DNA of 64,000 bases from an uncultured Acidobacteriota bacterium (lineage in GTDB: Bacteria; Acidobacteriota; Vicinamibacteria; Fen-336), in NCBI GenBank assembly GCA_963720545.1, contig OY970399.1:2432001-2496000 (forward strand), in the 5' to 3' direction. Numbering within the stretch: position 1 is the first letter of the stretch; each line of letters opens with the position of its first letter. The position numbers and the translations under genes are program-made. This document shows, in pieces, positions 1 to 10,261 of the stretch. The notes beneath the pieces were generated by a model. The model ran no database searches. It was not told the origin of the DNA and saw only the letters and a program-made list of their open reading frames with translations.

Positions 1-1263
1 GCGCGCATGCGCGAGGACGCGGTGGGCCGCGGTGCCGTTGGCGGCGGACAGCGGCTGCGGCGCGCCCTGGTTTGCGCCGAGGTCGCGTTCGCGGCGCTGC
101 TCCTGGTGGGCGCCGGGCTGATGCTGCGCAGCTTCCGCGAAATGACCGGCTCGGGCCTCGGCTTTGCGACCGGCAACCTGCTCACGTTTCGCCTCGAGTT
201 GACGACCGAGCGCTACCGCGAGGAAGCCGCGCGCGCGCGCTTCGCGGAAGCGCTGCAGGAGAAGTTCGCGAGCGTCCCGGGCATAGCCACGACGACTCTT
301 TGGGGGCCGAGCCTGCTCGGCCGCGCCACCTGGATCATCATGCTGTCGCCGTTCGAACGCAGCGGCGAGCGGCCGGAAGACTTCGTGATGATCTTCCGCC
401 ACAGCGTCAATCCCGGCGCCCTCGGCAACCTCGGGATACGCATCGTGAGGGGCCGCGACCTGAGCGCCGACGACCGCGCCGGCAGCCCGCTGGTGGCGGT
501 GGTGAGCGAGAGCGTTGCTGCCGAACTGTGGCCGGGGCAGGACCCCGTGGGCCGGCAGGTGAAACGGCAGCTGCGCGACCTGCCGCCGATCACCGTCGTC
601 GGTGTCGCCGCCGATGCGCGGCAGCGCGAGCGCTACAGCCTCGCCGACATCGCCCAGGGCTTTCCGCCCGGCGGCAGCGGCCCGCAGCGCGATATCTACT
701 TTCCCTATGCCCAGCGCCCCAATGTGAGCCTGACGGCGGCGCTGCGCACGCAACTGCCGCCAGCCGCGCTGGTGGCACCGCTGCGCGCCGCGGTGCGCTC
801 GCTCGACCCCGACCTGCCGCTGGCCGATATCGCGGCGCTCGACGAGCGGCTGGCCGCGCAAGACGTCGCCCCGCGCTCACTCGCGACGCTGCTCGGCGCC
901 TACGCCGCGGTCGCCGTGCTGCTCGCCGCGCTCGGCATCTATGGCGTGCTCGCGCATTCGGTGACGCGCCGCCGCCGCGAGATCGGCGTGCGCATGTCGC
1001 TCGGCGCCGATGCGCGCGCGATCTTCGCCATGGTCCTGCGCGAAGGCCTCGGCATCACGGCGGCCGGCCTCGTGCTCGGCCTCGGCACAGCACTCGGCGC
1101 CACCCGCATGATGCGCTCGCTGCTGTTCGAGGTGTCGCACCTCGACCCGGCCACCTTCGCGTCGGTCGGCGCCTTGCTGGTGGTGATCGCGGCGCTCGCG
1201 GTCATCGGCCCGGCGCGGCGCGCGAGCAGCATCGACCCGCAGGCGGCGCTCCGCTCCGAGTAA
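1..1263 (+). CDS. ABC transporter permease, MacB/FtsX-type (ADOP duplicated permease), 5'-truncated by the window edge
   Basis: LRRALVCAEVAFAALLLVGAGLMLRSF, GIYGVLAHSVTRRRREIGVRMSLGA and C-terminal IDPQAALRSE are FtsX/ADOP motifs. The frame is open to the window edge. Confidence 0.9.
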   Translation, partial: ARMREDAVGRGAVGGGQRLRRALVCAEVAFAALLLVGAGLMLRSFREMTGSGLGFATGNLLTFRLELTTERYREEAARARFAEALQEKFASVPGIATTTLWGPSLLGRATWIIMLSPFERSGERPEDFVMIFRHSVNPGALGNLGIRIVRGRDLSADDRAGSPLVAVVSESVAAELWPGQDPVGRQVKRQLRDLPPITVVGVAADARQRERYSLADIAQGFPPGGSGPQRDIYFPYAQRPNVSLTAALRTQLPPAALVAPLRAAVRSLDPDLPLADIAALDERLAAQDVAPRSLATLLGAYAAVAVLLAALGIYGVLAHSVTRRRREIGVRMSLGADARAIFAMVLREGLGITAAGLVLGLGTALGATRMMRSLLFEVSHLDPATFASVGALLVVIAALAVIGPARRASSIDPQAALRSE

Positions 1264-1319
1264 CCGAGCCGCTTCCGGCCGGCGGTTTGCCGGAACGGGA
1301 CGGTAGACTCTTACCGACC

Positions 1320-3506
1320 GTGACCTGGAATCCCGCCCTCTGGTCGTCCCGCGTGCCCCGCGACTGGCGCATCCAGAAGCCCAACCACTACCTCGAGATG
1401 GCGCGCATTGCCTGGGAGAACGCCGACCAGCTGCCGTTCGCCTGGCGCATCCTGACGCGCGGCACCTGCGACGGCTGCGCGCTCGGCACCACCGGCCTGC
1501 GCGACTGGACGCTCGAGGGCATTCACCTGTGCATGGTGCGGCTCGAGCTGCTGCGGCTCAACACCGCCCCGGCGCTCGAGGTGGAGCGGCTCGCCGACCT
1601 GGCGCCGCTGCTTTCCATGAGCTCGAAGGAACTGCGCGCGCTCGGCCGGCTGCCCGAACCGATGGTGCGCCGCCGCGGCGACCAGGGCTTCCGCGTCATC
1701 GGCTGGGACGAGGCTTATGACCTCGCCGCGCAGCAGATCCGGGCCACGCGCCCCGACCGTTTCGCCGTCTACCTGACCTCGCGCGGCATCATGAACGAGC
1801 ACTACTACGCCGCGCAGAAGGCGGCGCGTGCGATGGGCACCAACCACGTCGACAACTCGGCGCGGCTTTGCCACGCGGCCTCCACCGTCGCCATGAAGCG
1901 CACGCTCGGGTTCGGCGCCACCACCTGTTCCTACAGCGACTGGCTGGGCACCGACCTCATCGTCTTCTTCGGCGCGAACACGCCCAACAACCAGCCGGTC
2001 ACCATGAAGTACCTGTACCTCGCCAAGCAGGGCGGCACGCGCGTCGCGGTGGTGAACCCGTACCGCGAACCCGGCCTGCGCAACTACTGGGTGCCGTCGG
2101 TCCCCGAGTCGGCGATGTTCGGCACCAGGTTCGCGGACGACTGGTTCGCCGTGGACACCGGCGGCGACCAGGCGTTCCTCACCGGCGTCTTCAGGATCCT
2201 GGCGAGCGAAGGCTGGATCGACCGCGAGTTCGTCGCTCGCAACACGCGCGGCTTCGAGGCGGCCCAGCGCCACGCCGAGTCCCTCGACATGGCGCAGCTC
2301 GAGGCGCAGAGCGGCGCCTCGCGCGCGGAAATGCTGCGTTTCGCGCAGCTGCTGCGCGACGCGAAAAATGCGGTGTTCGTCTGGTCCATGGGGCTGACGC
2401 AGCACGTGCACGGCGTCGAGACGATCGAGGCGCTCATGAACGTTGGCCTGGCGCGCGGCTACCTCGGCCGCGAGAAGGTCGGCATGATGCCGATCCGCGG
2501 CCACTCGGGAGTGCAGGGCGGTGCCGAGGTCGGCTGCGTGCCGTCGCTCGACACGCTGCAGCGCGGGCGTTTCGAGAGCGAGTGGGGGTTTGCGCTGCCC
2601 ACCTTCCCGGGGGTCACCGCGGCCGAGATGGTGGACCTTGCCTATCGCGGCGGCCTCGACGCCTTCTGGATCACCGGCGGCAACTTCCTCGAGACGCTGC
2701 CCGACCCGACCGCGGTGGCCGCGGCGCTCGGCAACGTCGCGACCCGCATCCACCAGGACATCGTGCTCACGTCGATGATGCTGATCGCACCGCGCGACAC
2801 GGTGCTGCTGTTTCCGGCCACCACCCGCTACGAATCGCCCGGCGGCGGCACCGAGACCTCCACCGAGCGCCGCATCATTTTTTCGCCTGAGGTCGCTGGC
2901 CGGCGCATCGGCTCGGCGAAGGCCGAGTGGGAGGTGTTCGGCGAGGTGGCGGCGCGGGTGCGGCCGGAGCTCGCAGCCTCCGTGCGCTTCGCGAGCTCGC
3001 AGGCGATCCGCGACGAGATCTCGCGGGCGGTGCCGCTCTACGCCGGCATCGAGAAACTCGGCGGGCAGGGCGACCAGTTCCAGTGGGGCGGTCCGCGCCT
3101 GTTCAGCGACGGCCGTTTCGCAACGGTCGACGGCAAGGCGCACTTCACGGTCGCGAAGCTGCACCAAAGCGGCACCCGCGCGGGCGAGTTCCGCGTCTCC
3201 ACCCGCCGCGGCAAGCAGTTCAACTCGATGGTGCAGCATGACAAGGATCCGCTGACCGGCGCGCTGCGCGAGGACGTCCTGATGTCGGCGGAGGACGCGG
3301 CGCGGCTCGGCACTCCCGACGGGTCGAGGATCCGCCTGGTGTCGCGCAGCGGCTCGTTCGCGGGCCGGGTGCGCATCGACGAAATCAAGCCCGGCAACCT
3401 GGCCGTCCACTGGCCCGAGGGCAACGTGCTGCTGTCCCGCGAGGAAATCGACCAGGCCTCGCACGAACCCGATTACAACGCCTCGTGCCGCGTCGAGAAG
3501 GTCTAG
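1320..3506 (+). CDS. FdhF/YdeP family molybdopterin oxidoreductase
   Basis: CDGCA, DNSARLCHAAS, WSMGLTQH, PIRGHSGVQG and TRRGKQFNS motifs. Start re-picked at GTG 1320, after the upstream stop. Confidence 0.9.
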   Translation: MTWNPALWSSRVPRDWRIQKPNHYLEMARIAWENADQLPFAWRILTRGTCDGCALGTTGLRDWTLEGIHLCMVRLELLRLNTAPALEVERLADLAPLLSMSSKELRALGRLPEPMVRRRGDQGFRVIGWDEAYDLAAQQIRATRPDRFAVYLTSRGIMNEHYYAAQKAARAMGTNHVDNSARLCHAASTVAMKRTLGFGATTCSYSDWLGTDLIVFFGANTPNNQPVTMKYLYLAKQGGTRVAVVNPYREPGLRNYWVPSVPESAMFGTRFADDWFAVDTGGDQAFLTGVFRILASEGWIDREFVARNTRGFEAAQRHAESLDMAQLEAQSGASRAEMLRFAQLLRDAKNAVFVWSMGLTQHVHGVETIEALMNVGLARGYLGREKVGMMPIRGHSGVQGGAEVGCVPSLDTLQRGRFESEWGFALPTFPGVTAAEMVDLAYRGGLDAFWITGGNFLETLPDPTAVAAALGNVATRIHQDIVLTSMMLIAPRDTVLLFPATTRYESPGGGTETSTERRIIFSPEVAGRRIGSAKAEWEVFGEVAARVRPELAASVRFASSQAIRDEISRAVPLYAGIEKLGGQGDQFQWGGPRLFSDGRFATVDGKAHFTVAKLHQSGTRAGEFRVSTRRGKQFNSMVQHDKDPLTGALREDVLMSAEDAARLGTPDGSRIRLVSRSGSFAGRVRIDEIKPGNLAVHWPEGNVLLSREEIDQASHEPDYNASCRVEKV

Positions 3507-3516
3507 GATATCGAGG

Positions 3517-3864
3517 ATGAGACTGATAGCGACGCTCCTCGCCAACGCGCTCGGCCTGCTGGCCACCGCCTACTTCGTCCCCGGCATCAGCTTCACCGGC
3601 GACTACGTGCAGCTCGGCATCGCGGCGCTGATCCTGGCGCTCTTCAACATGATCGTCCGGCCCATCGCCATGCTGCTGTCGCTGCCGTTCATCATCCTGA
3701 CGCTCGGCCTCTTCTACTTCGTGGTGAACGGCATCCTGCTGTGGGCCGTTTCGCTGTTCATTTCCGGCTACACGGTGCAAGGCGTCATCCCGGCCGGGAT
3801 CCTGGGCGCGCTGGTGCTCGGCATCGTGAACTGGCTCGTGCACGCCTTCGTCGGCAAGAAATAA
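3517..3864 (+). CDS. YvlD-like 4-TM membrane protein (phage holin family 4 annotation)
   Basis: Four hydrophobic segments and the motif LFNMIVRPIAMLLSLPFIILTLGLFYFVVNG. GAGG ribosome-binding site. Confidence 0.85.
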   Translation: MRLIATLLANALGLLATAYFVPGISFTGDYVQLGIAALILALFNMIVRPIAMLLSLPFIILTLGLFYFVVNGILLWAVSLFISGYTVQGVIPAGILGALVLGIVNWLVHAFVGKK

Positions 3865-3881
3865 CAATTCAGGGAGGACAC

Positions 3882-4439
3882 ATGAACCGCGCAACTCTCT
3901 TGCTGGCCCTGGTTTTTGGGGCAGCGACCGCAGCGTCCACGGCCTCGGCGGCGCAGGCACCGGCCATGCCCAAGCCCGGTCCCGAGCACGAGCGGCTCAA
4001 GGCCGACGTTGGCACCTGGGACGCCGTCGTCGAGATGGCCGCGGCGCCGAACGCGCCCATGAGCACCTCGAAGGGCCTCGAAAAGAACACGCTGATCGGC
4101 GGCATGTGGCTCATCACCGATTTCGAGACCGACATGGGCGGCACGCCGTTCCGCGGCCACGGCATCACGGGCTGGGACCCGGCGAAAAAGAAGTACGTCG
4201 GCAGCTGGGTCGACACCATGGCGGCGTCGATCGGCATGGGCGAGTCGACGTGGGATCCCGCGACCAAGACGCTCAGCGGCTCGTTCGTCGGCGCCGACGG
4301 CACCGGCGGTTCCATGACCATGAAACAGTCGGTCGTCTACAGCGACAACGACAACACCCGCGTCTTCACCATGTCGGCGCCCGGTGCGGACGGCAAGGAG
4401 GCGGTGCTGCTGCGGATCACGTACAAGCGCCGCCCGTAG
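3882..4439 (+). CDS. Secreted DUF1579-like beta-barrel protein
   Basis: Signal peptide, then PKPGPEHERLKADVGTW and GITGWDPAKKKYVGSWVDTM. GGAGG precedes ATG 3882. Confidence 0.75.
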   Translation: MNRATLLLALVFGAATAASTASAAQAPAMPKPGPEHERLKADVGTWDAVVEMAAAPNAPMSTSKGLEKNTLIGGMWLITDFETDMGGTPFRGHGITGWDPAKKKYVGSWVDTMAASIGMGESTWDPATKTLSGSFVGADGTGGSMTMKQSVVYSDNDNTRVFTMSAPGADGKEAVLLRITYKRRP

Positions 4440-4469
4440 CGCGCCGCGCCTGAGCCCGCGCGCGGCTTC

Positions 4470-5468
<999 letters not shown>

Positions 5469-5576
5469 ACCGGCGATCTCCTTGTGGGTGAACGGCTTCG
5501 AGCGGTTTTGCGCTTTGAGAAACGGCGCGGAGCGGCCATCATAGGCGACGCCGAGGCCGCTAATCAATGAAGACCA

Positions 5577-5604
5577 GGAACCTCCGGGCGGTCGCGCGCG
5601 TCAA
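5577..5604 (+). promoter_or_regulatory. Putative ECF sigma promoter GGAAC-N17-CGTCAA
   Basis: GGAAC at 5577-5581 and CGTC at 5599-5602, directly upstream of an operon encoding an ECF sigma factor. Confidence 0.65.
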
Positions 5605-5643
5605 CAGGGTGCACGACAGGGTGCCCTTGGGAGAGAACCGGAC

Positions 5644-6072
5644 ATGAAGCTGCCGCGGATCCAAGCAGTCGCCGTCATCGCTGCCGCCGCCCTCGCATCG
5701 AGCGGTTGCCTCATCAGGGTCGAGCACGTCGCGAACGCGGACGGCGCCTTCCGCGCGGCGTTCGCCGAGGCGGATCAATACACGGGACACGGCGGCCGGC
5801 CGAGCGAGCTGAACGTGCTCGTCTACGACTCGAAGGACGGGGAGATGGTGCGGGTGAGCGTGCCCATCTGGCTCGCCAACAAGTTCGTGCGCCACGCCCA
5901 TTCCGGCAGCCTCGAATGGGAGTCGAGCGGCGACGAGCACGGCGACCGGGTGGCGCGCGCGCTGCGGCGCAGCCTGCGCGACGGCCAGCTGAGCGACTTG
6001 TCGGCCCTCCCCAGGGGTGTGGTCGCGTCGGTCGAGTCCGACGAGGAACGCGTCCTCGTCTGGATGAAGTAG
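5644..6072 (+). CDS. Hypothetical lipoprotein with shared C-terminal domain (VRVSVP...EERVLVWMK)
   Basis: Lipobox-like ASSGC after a hydrophobic stretch. Its C-terminus resembles those of 7468-8304 and 8309-8776. Confidence 0.7.
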   Translation: MKLPRIQAVAVIAAAALASSGCLIRVEHVANADGAFRAAFAEADQYTGHGGRPSELNVLVYDSKDGEMVRVSVPIWLANKFVRHAHSGSLEWESSGDEHGDRVARALRRSLRDGQLSDLSALPRGVVASVESDEERVLVWMK

Positions 6073-6089
6073 GCGCGCGCCGCGGTTGC

Positions 6090-6674
6090 GTGGAGCCCAC
6101 CGAAACCAATGCCGGCAATGACGACGACAAAGTGCTCATGGCGCGCCTTGCGCGCGGCGACCAGGACGCGCTCGCGCCGCTCATGGAGCGCCACCACCGG
6201 CGCATCTACCGGCTCTGCATGTCCTACCTGCGCTGCCACGACGATGCGCAGGACGCCGCGCAGGAGACTTTCGTGAAGGCGTTCCAGAATGCCGCACGCT
6301 TCCCGATGACCCACGAACCGGGACGCTGGCTGAGCCGCATCGCCATCAACCAGTCGATCGACCAGTATCGGCGCGGCCAGCGGCGCGGCCGCCACGAGGC
6401 GCCGCTCGCGGAGCAGGATTACGACCCGCGCCAGGCCACGGGCGAGCCGACGCCCGAACACCGCCTGCTCGGCGCGCAGATCGGCGGGCGCATCGACATC
6501 GCCCTGCGCACGCTGCCCGAGAAGCAGCGCGCCATCTTCGTGCTGCGCCACTACGAGGGCCTGACCCTCGAGGAGATCGCCGCCACGCTGCAGATCAGCC
6601 TCGGCACGGTGAAGAGCAGCCTGCACCGCGCCTTGCACCACCTGCGCGGCCGGCTCGAGGGGCTGCGCGCATGA
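6090..6674 (+). CDS. ECF-type RNA polymerase sigma factor
   Basis: Region 2 DAQDAAQETFVKAF and WLSRIAIN; region 4 LPEKQRAIFVLRHYEGLTLEEIA and GTVKSSLHRA. Start is GTG 6090 or ATG 6138. Confidence 0.92.
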   Translation: MEPTETNAGNDDDKVLMARLARGDQDALAPLMERHHRRIYRLCMSYLRCHDDAQDAAQETFVKAFQNAARFPMTHEPGRWLSRIAINQSIDQYRRGQRRGRHEAPLAEQDYDPRQATGEPTPEHRLLGAQIGGRIDIALRTLPEKQRAIFVLRHYEGLTLEEIAATLQISLGTVKSSLHRALHHLRGRLEGLRA

Positions 6675-7471
6675 AGATGCCGATCCCGATCGACCTGTTG
6701 CACGAACGCGAACGCCAGCGCGTCAGCCTGCTCGCCGCAGGCGCGCTCGATCACGACGTCGCCGCGGCCGAAGCGGCGCACCGCCACCTCGCGGGCTGCG
6801 CCGAGTGCCGCGCCGACCTCGAGTCGCTGCGCGCCATGCTGCAGGCGATGCCGGCCGTGCAGGTCGAAGTCGAGGCGCCGCTGGCGCCGCTCGTGGCCGA
6901 CGTGCGCAGCCGCATCGCGGCGCGGAAGGCGCCGGCTGCGGCGAGCGGCCTGCCGTGGCGCGCGATCCTGGTGCCGGTCGCCGCCGCCGCCGTGCTCGCA
7001 GCCTGGCTGGTGGTGCCGCCGCTCGTGCGGCGCGTGCAGCAGCCCGAGTTCGCGGCAACGCCGGCGCCGGCGGCGCAGCCCCGGCAGATCGTGCTCTCGG
7101 CAGATTCCATGGAGCGGCTCGAGCGCAACCTCAGCCGCGAGCACGCGGCGCGGTACCTGAGCGAGGCCCAGGACCTGCTCGTGACCGTGGCCGAGACGCT
7201 GCCGCGCTGCACGCGCAAGGGCCACGTGGACGTTGGCGACGAGGCGGCGCGCAGCCGCGCGCTGCTGCGCAGCCGCGCCTTCCTCGTCGACGACTCCGAG
7301 GCGCTCGCGAGCGTGCGTCCGGTGCTCGACGACGTGGACAACTTGCTGCGCGAGGTGGCGGCGCTCGACCCGTGCGCGCGCCGCTCGCAGATCGAGTCGA
7401 TCAGCGCCGCGCTCACCAGCCGGCGGCTGCTGATGAAGATGGACCTCATGGCCCGCGAGCTCGACGGATGA
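6671..7471 (+). CDS. Zinc-binding (ZAS) transmembrane anti-sigma factor
   Basis: HLAGCAEC matches HxxxCxxC. One TM segment, a helical extracytoplasmic domain, and an ATGA overlap with the sigma gene. Confidence 0.85.
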   Translation: MKMPIPIDLLHERERQRVSLLAAGALDHDVAAAEAAHRHLAGCAECRADLESLRAMLQAMPAVQVEVEAPLAPLVADVRSRIAARKAPAAASGLPWRAILVPVAAAAVLAAWLVVPPLVRRVQQPEFAATPAPAAQPRQIVLSADSMERLERNLSREHAARYLSEAQDLLVTVAETLPRCTRKGHVDVGDEAARSRALLRSRAFLVDDSEALASVRPVLDDVDNLLREVAALDPCARRSQIESISAALTSRRLLMKMDLMARELDG

Positions 7472-8304
7472 CGATGCAAGCCCTGCGCCGCGCGCTCGCG
7501 GCCTTCTGCGTCGCAGCCTGCGTGGCAACCGTCTTGTCGCGCCCGGCCGTGGCCCAGGGTGGCGATGCCGCGACTGCCGCGAAGGCCCTGTACTTCGACC
7601 GCAAGTACGATGCCGCGCGCCAGGCATGGAGCGCGGTTGCCCGCGGCACCGGCAGCGAAGGCATCACCGCGCTCTACTGGGTCGCGCAGTGCAGCGAAAA
7701 GCTGGGTGACGACGAGCGCGCGCTCGGCGAGTACCTCAAGTACATCCAGAAGCGGCCGGCAGGACAGCTCTCGGAAGACGCGCGCACCAGCCGGGTGCGC
7801 ATCGCGACGCGGCTGGTGAAAGCCGGCAAGGAACAGCACATGGCGCTGCTCACCCAGGGCCTTGCCGATTCCAACCGCACGGTGCGCTACTACTCGGCGC
7901 TGCAGATGTGCAGCCTCGGCGCGCCGAAAGGCAGCCCGGCAATCGGCGCGCTGCAGGCGCTGGTGCGCGACGAGCGCGATTCCGACCTCGTGGAGCGCGC
8001 CCAGCTGTGCCTGGTGAAGCTTGGTGCTGCGAGCCAGGCGCGCAGCAGCGCGCCGCAGGGCGAAGCCGGCCGCTGGTTCCGCGTCGAGGTGGTGCGCGCC
8101 GGCAAGAAGGAGGTTTCGGTGAGCATGCCGCTCGGGCTCGCCGACCTGGTGCTGAAGAGCCTGCCCGAGGACGCGCTCGTCGAACTGCGCAAGAAGGGAT
8201 TCAACACCGAGAACTTCATGGGCAATCTCAAGAACTATTCCGGCGGCCCGCTCGTCGACATCGTGGGCGATGACGGCGAACGGATTCGCATCTGGATCGA
8301 ATAG
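7468..8304 (+). CDS. Secreted TPR/HEAT-like repeat protein with shared C-terminal domain (...GERIRIWIE)
   Basis: Signal peptide, TPR-like AKALYFDRKYDAA and ALYWVAQCSEKLG, HEAT-like LADSNRTVRYYSALQM. ATGA overlap with the anti-sigma gene. Confidence 0.75.
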   Translation: MTMQALRRALAAFCVAACVATVLSRPAVAQGGDAATAAKALYFDRKYDAARQAWSAVARGTGSEGITALYWVAQCSEKLGDDERALGEYLKYIQKRPAGQLSEDARTSRVRIATRLVKAGKEQHMALLTQGLADSNRTVRYYSALQMCSLGAPKGSPAIGALQALVRDERDSDLVERAQLCLVKLGAASQARSSAPQGEAGRWFRVEVVRAGKKEVSVSMPLGLADLVLKSLPEDALVELRKKGFNTENFMGNLKNYSGGPLVDIVGDDGERIRIWIE

Positions 8305-8308
8305 GAGA

Positions 8309-8776
8309 ATGAAGATGATGAACGGCAAGAGTGGAATTTCATGGGCTATCGCCGCCACGCTGGCAATCGGCGTGGGCGCTGCGATCGCGTTCGCGGCCGA
8401 CGACGATCTCGACGTGGTGAAGAAGGCGGTCGCGTCCAACGCGGCGCAGGCGAGCGCGGCACCGTCGCAGTCCGCGGCGCCCGCAGCGCGCCCCGCCGCC
8501 AAGGCCAGGTCCGAGGCACAGTGGTTCAAGGTGCGCGTCAGCGAGCGCGAGAACAACCGGAAGGTGACGATCAACCTGCCGCTCAGCCTGGTGCGCGCGC
8601 TCGGCGACGAGCTGCCGATCGATATCGGTTGCGACCACGACCGCGACCATGACCGCGGGCGCCGCCTGCTGCCATGCGGCATCAGCCTCGCGAAGGTGCT
8701 CGCCGAACTCGATGCCGGGCAGAGCCTCGTCGAAATCGACAGCGACGAAGAGACCGTCCGCGTCTGGATCGAGTAA
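8309..8776 (+). CDS. Secreted hypothetical protein with shared C-terminal domain (...EETVRVWIE)
   Basis: Signal peptide ending AFA, Ala/Pro linker, then WFKVRV...VTINLPLSLV...LVEIDSDEETVRVWIE. AGGAG ribosome-binding site. Confidence 0.75.
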   Translation: MKMMNGKSGISWAIAATLAIGVGAAIAFAADDDLDVVKKAVASNAAQASAAPSQSAAPAARPAAKARSEAQWFKVRVSERENNRKVTINLPLSLVRALGDELPIDIGCDHDRDHDRGRRLLPCGISLAKVLAELDAGQSLVEIDSDEETVRVWIE

Positions 8777-8835
8777 GGGGCGCCAGGCAGCCGTTGTCCT
8801 GAACGGGCGACGGTGCCGGGGCCGCACCATCCTCG

Positions 8836-8879
8836 TAAGTCATTGATCCATAAGGCGGCGATCTGGAACGCCGCTTGCA
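8836..8879 (+). promoter_or_regulatory. Putative sigma54 promoter with upstream IHF-like site
   Basis: TGGAACGCCGCTTGCA at 8864-8879 has GG-N10-GC spacing. The reverse complement of 8836-8848 is GATCAATGACTTA, against the IHF consensus WATCAANNNNTTR. Confidence 0.7.
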
Positions 8880-8905
8880 CATAACCAGGGCAGGAGGACT
8901 CTCCC

Positions 8906-9298
8906 GTGATGCTTCGAAAAGCAGCCCTTGTTCTTGCAGCGGCGGCCGCGCTCACTCTCCCCATCGCTGCCGAGGCCGGTGACCGCTATTCGCGCGGTCG
9001 CGGCCACGGCGACCGGGGCTACTCGCGCGGTTACCACTCGAGCTACAACTACCGCTACCGCGCCCCCGCCTACCGCAGCTATGCGCCACGCTATTACCCG
9101 CGCTACTACCCGCGTTACTACGCGCCGGCCCGGGCGTACTACGCGCCGCCGCCGGTTTACTACGGGGGCTATTACGACAGCGGCTACTACGACAGCGGCT
9201 ACTACCCCGGCTATTACCGCGAGCCGGCCGTAGCCCTTCACTATCACTCGGGCCGGGCGTGCAGCCGGTTCCACGTGGGCCTCAACTTCCGCTTCTGA
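8906..9298 (+). CDS. Secreted Tyr/Arg/Gly/Pro-rich low-complexity protein
   Basis: AGGAGG ribosome-binding site, signal peptide ending AEA, repeats YYPRYYPRYY and YYDSGYYDSGYY. Confidence 0.75.
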   Translation: MMLRKAALVLAAAAALTLPIAAEAGDRYSRGRGHGDRGYSRGYHSSYNYRYRAPAYRSYAPRYYPRYYPRYYAPARAYYAPPPVYYGGYYDSGYYDSGYYPGYYREPAVALHYHSGRACSRFHVGLNFRF

Positions 9299-9328
9299 CG
9301 CGCTCCGCGGCTGCGCGCGCCGCCTGTG

Positions 9329-10261
9329 TCAGGCGCGCGCGGCGAAGTAGCCGAGCTTGTGGCGGACCACCAGGTCCTCGCGGCTCGCCACGCGCAGCAC
9401 GATCCGTCGCCAGCGCCCGTCCTTGCGGGCGTTGGATGAGACATAGCCGACGCTGTACTGGGTGCGCAGTTCCTCGGCGATGCGGTCGTAGACGGCATCG
9501 AGTTCCGAGATCGAGCCGGGGAAGTGAACCTGGCCGCCGGTGTCGCGCGACAGCGCCGTCAGCAGGTAGGCGGCTTGCGAAAAGTTGGCCGACTCGCGCT
9601 GCTGCCGCTGACGGATGCTGATCGCGTAGATCGCGATTTCGGTGCGCCGCGCCAGTTCCAGCACCTGGTCGTCGGTGACGATCGAGCAGGTGTCCTCGCC
9701 GTCCGAGAGCAGCACGATGGCGCGCCGCCGCAGCTCGCCCGCCTTCTTCTGCTTCGACAACTCCTTGAGCGCGACGTAGAGGGCGTTGTGCAGCGCCGTC
9801 GCGCCCGCGGCGAGCGTGCGCTTCACCGCGGACTCGAGCTGCTCCTGGTTCTCGGTGAAGTCCTGCAGGATCACCGGCCGGTCGTTGAACTGGATGATCT
9901 GCGCGAGGTCCTGCTGGCGCAGCGTCTTGACGAAACGGATGGCGGCCGACTGCGCCTGCTTCAGCTTGTCGTCCATCGACGCCGAGGTGTCGATGAGCAG
10001 CGACAACGAAATCGGCAGGTTTTCGTGGGTGAACAGCGAAATCGACTGGCGGATGCCGTCCTCGTACGCGACGAAGTCGTCCTGGACGAGGTCGGTGACG
10101 AAGCGGCCGCGGCCGTCGGTCACCGAGACGGTCAGGTTGATGAGGTCGATGCCGGTCTCGAACGTCGGCGTCTGCGCCTGGCCAGCGGCGAACAGCGGCC
10201 GCGCGAACGGCGCGGCGAGCGCCGCGGCCAGGAACGAGCGGCGGCGCAGCGAAGGTTTCAG
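9329..10261 (-). CDS. VWA domain protein (Acidobacterial VWFA-related type), possible Tat signal
   Basis: LTVSVTDGRGRFVTDL, MIDAS motif DTSASM, LLSDGED, ELRTQYSVGY and N-terminal RRRSFL. Start uncertain; CTG overlapping the upstream stop is assumed. Confidence 0.85.
   Translation of the reverse strand: MKPSLRRRSFLAAALAAPFARPLFAAGQAQTPTFETGIDLINLTVSVTDGRGRFVTDLVQDDFVAYEDGIRQSISLFTHENLPISLSLLIDTSASMDDKLKQAQSAAIRFVKTLRQQDLAQIIQFNDRPVILQDFTENQEQLESAVKRTLAAGATALHNALYVALKELSKQKKAGELRRRAIVLLSDGEDTCSIVTDDQVLELARRTEIAIYAISIRQRQQRESANFSQAAYLLTALSRDTGGQVHFPGSISELDAVYDRIAEELRTQYSVGYVSSNARKDGRWRRIVLRVASREDLVVRHKLGYFAARA

Noticed and set aside
72..1319. Long N-terminal extension of the FdhF/YdeP ORF
   Set aside because: It is an Arg/Pro-rich alternative frame over the permease. 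Recognisable sequence begins near GTG 1320.
3517..3864. Prophage suggested by a holin-family gene
   Set aside because: YvlD-like proteins are common chromosomal membrane proteins, and no lysin, integrase or structural genes are nearby.
9061..9215. Short tandem repeats as a possible CRISPR array or VNTR
   Set aside because: The units are 12-15 bp, in frame, few in copy and without spacers. They encode the YYPR and YYDSG peptide repeats.
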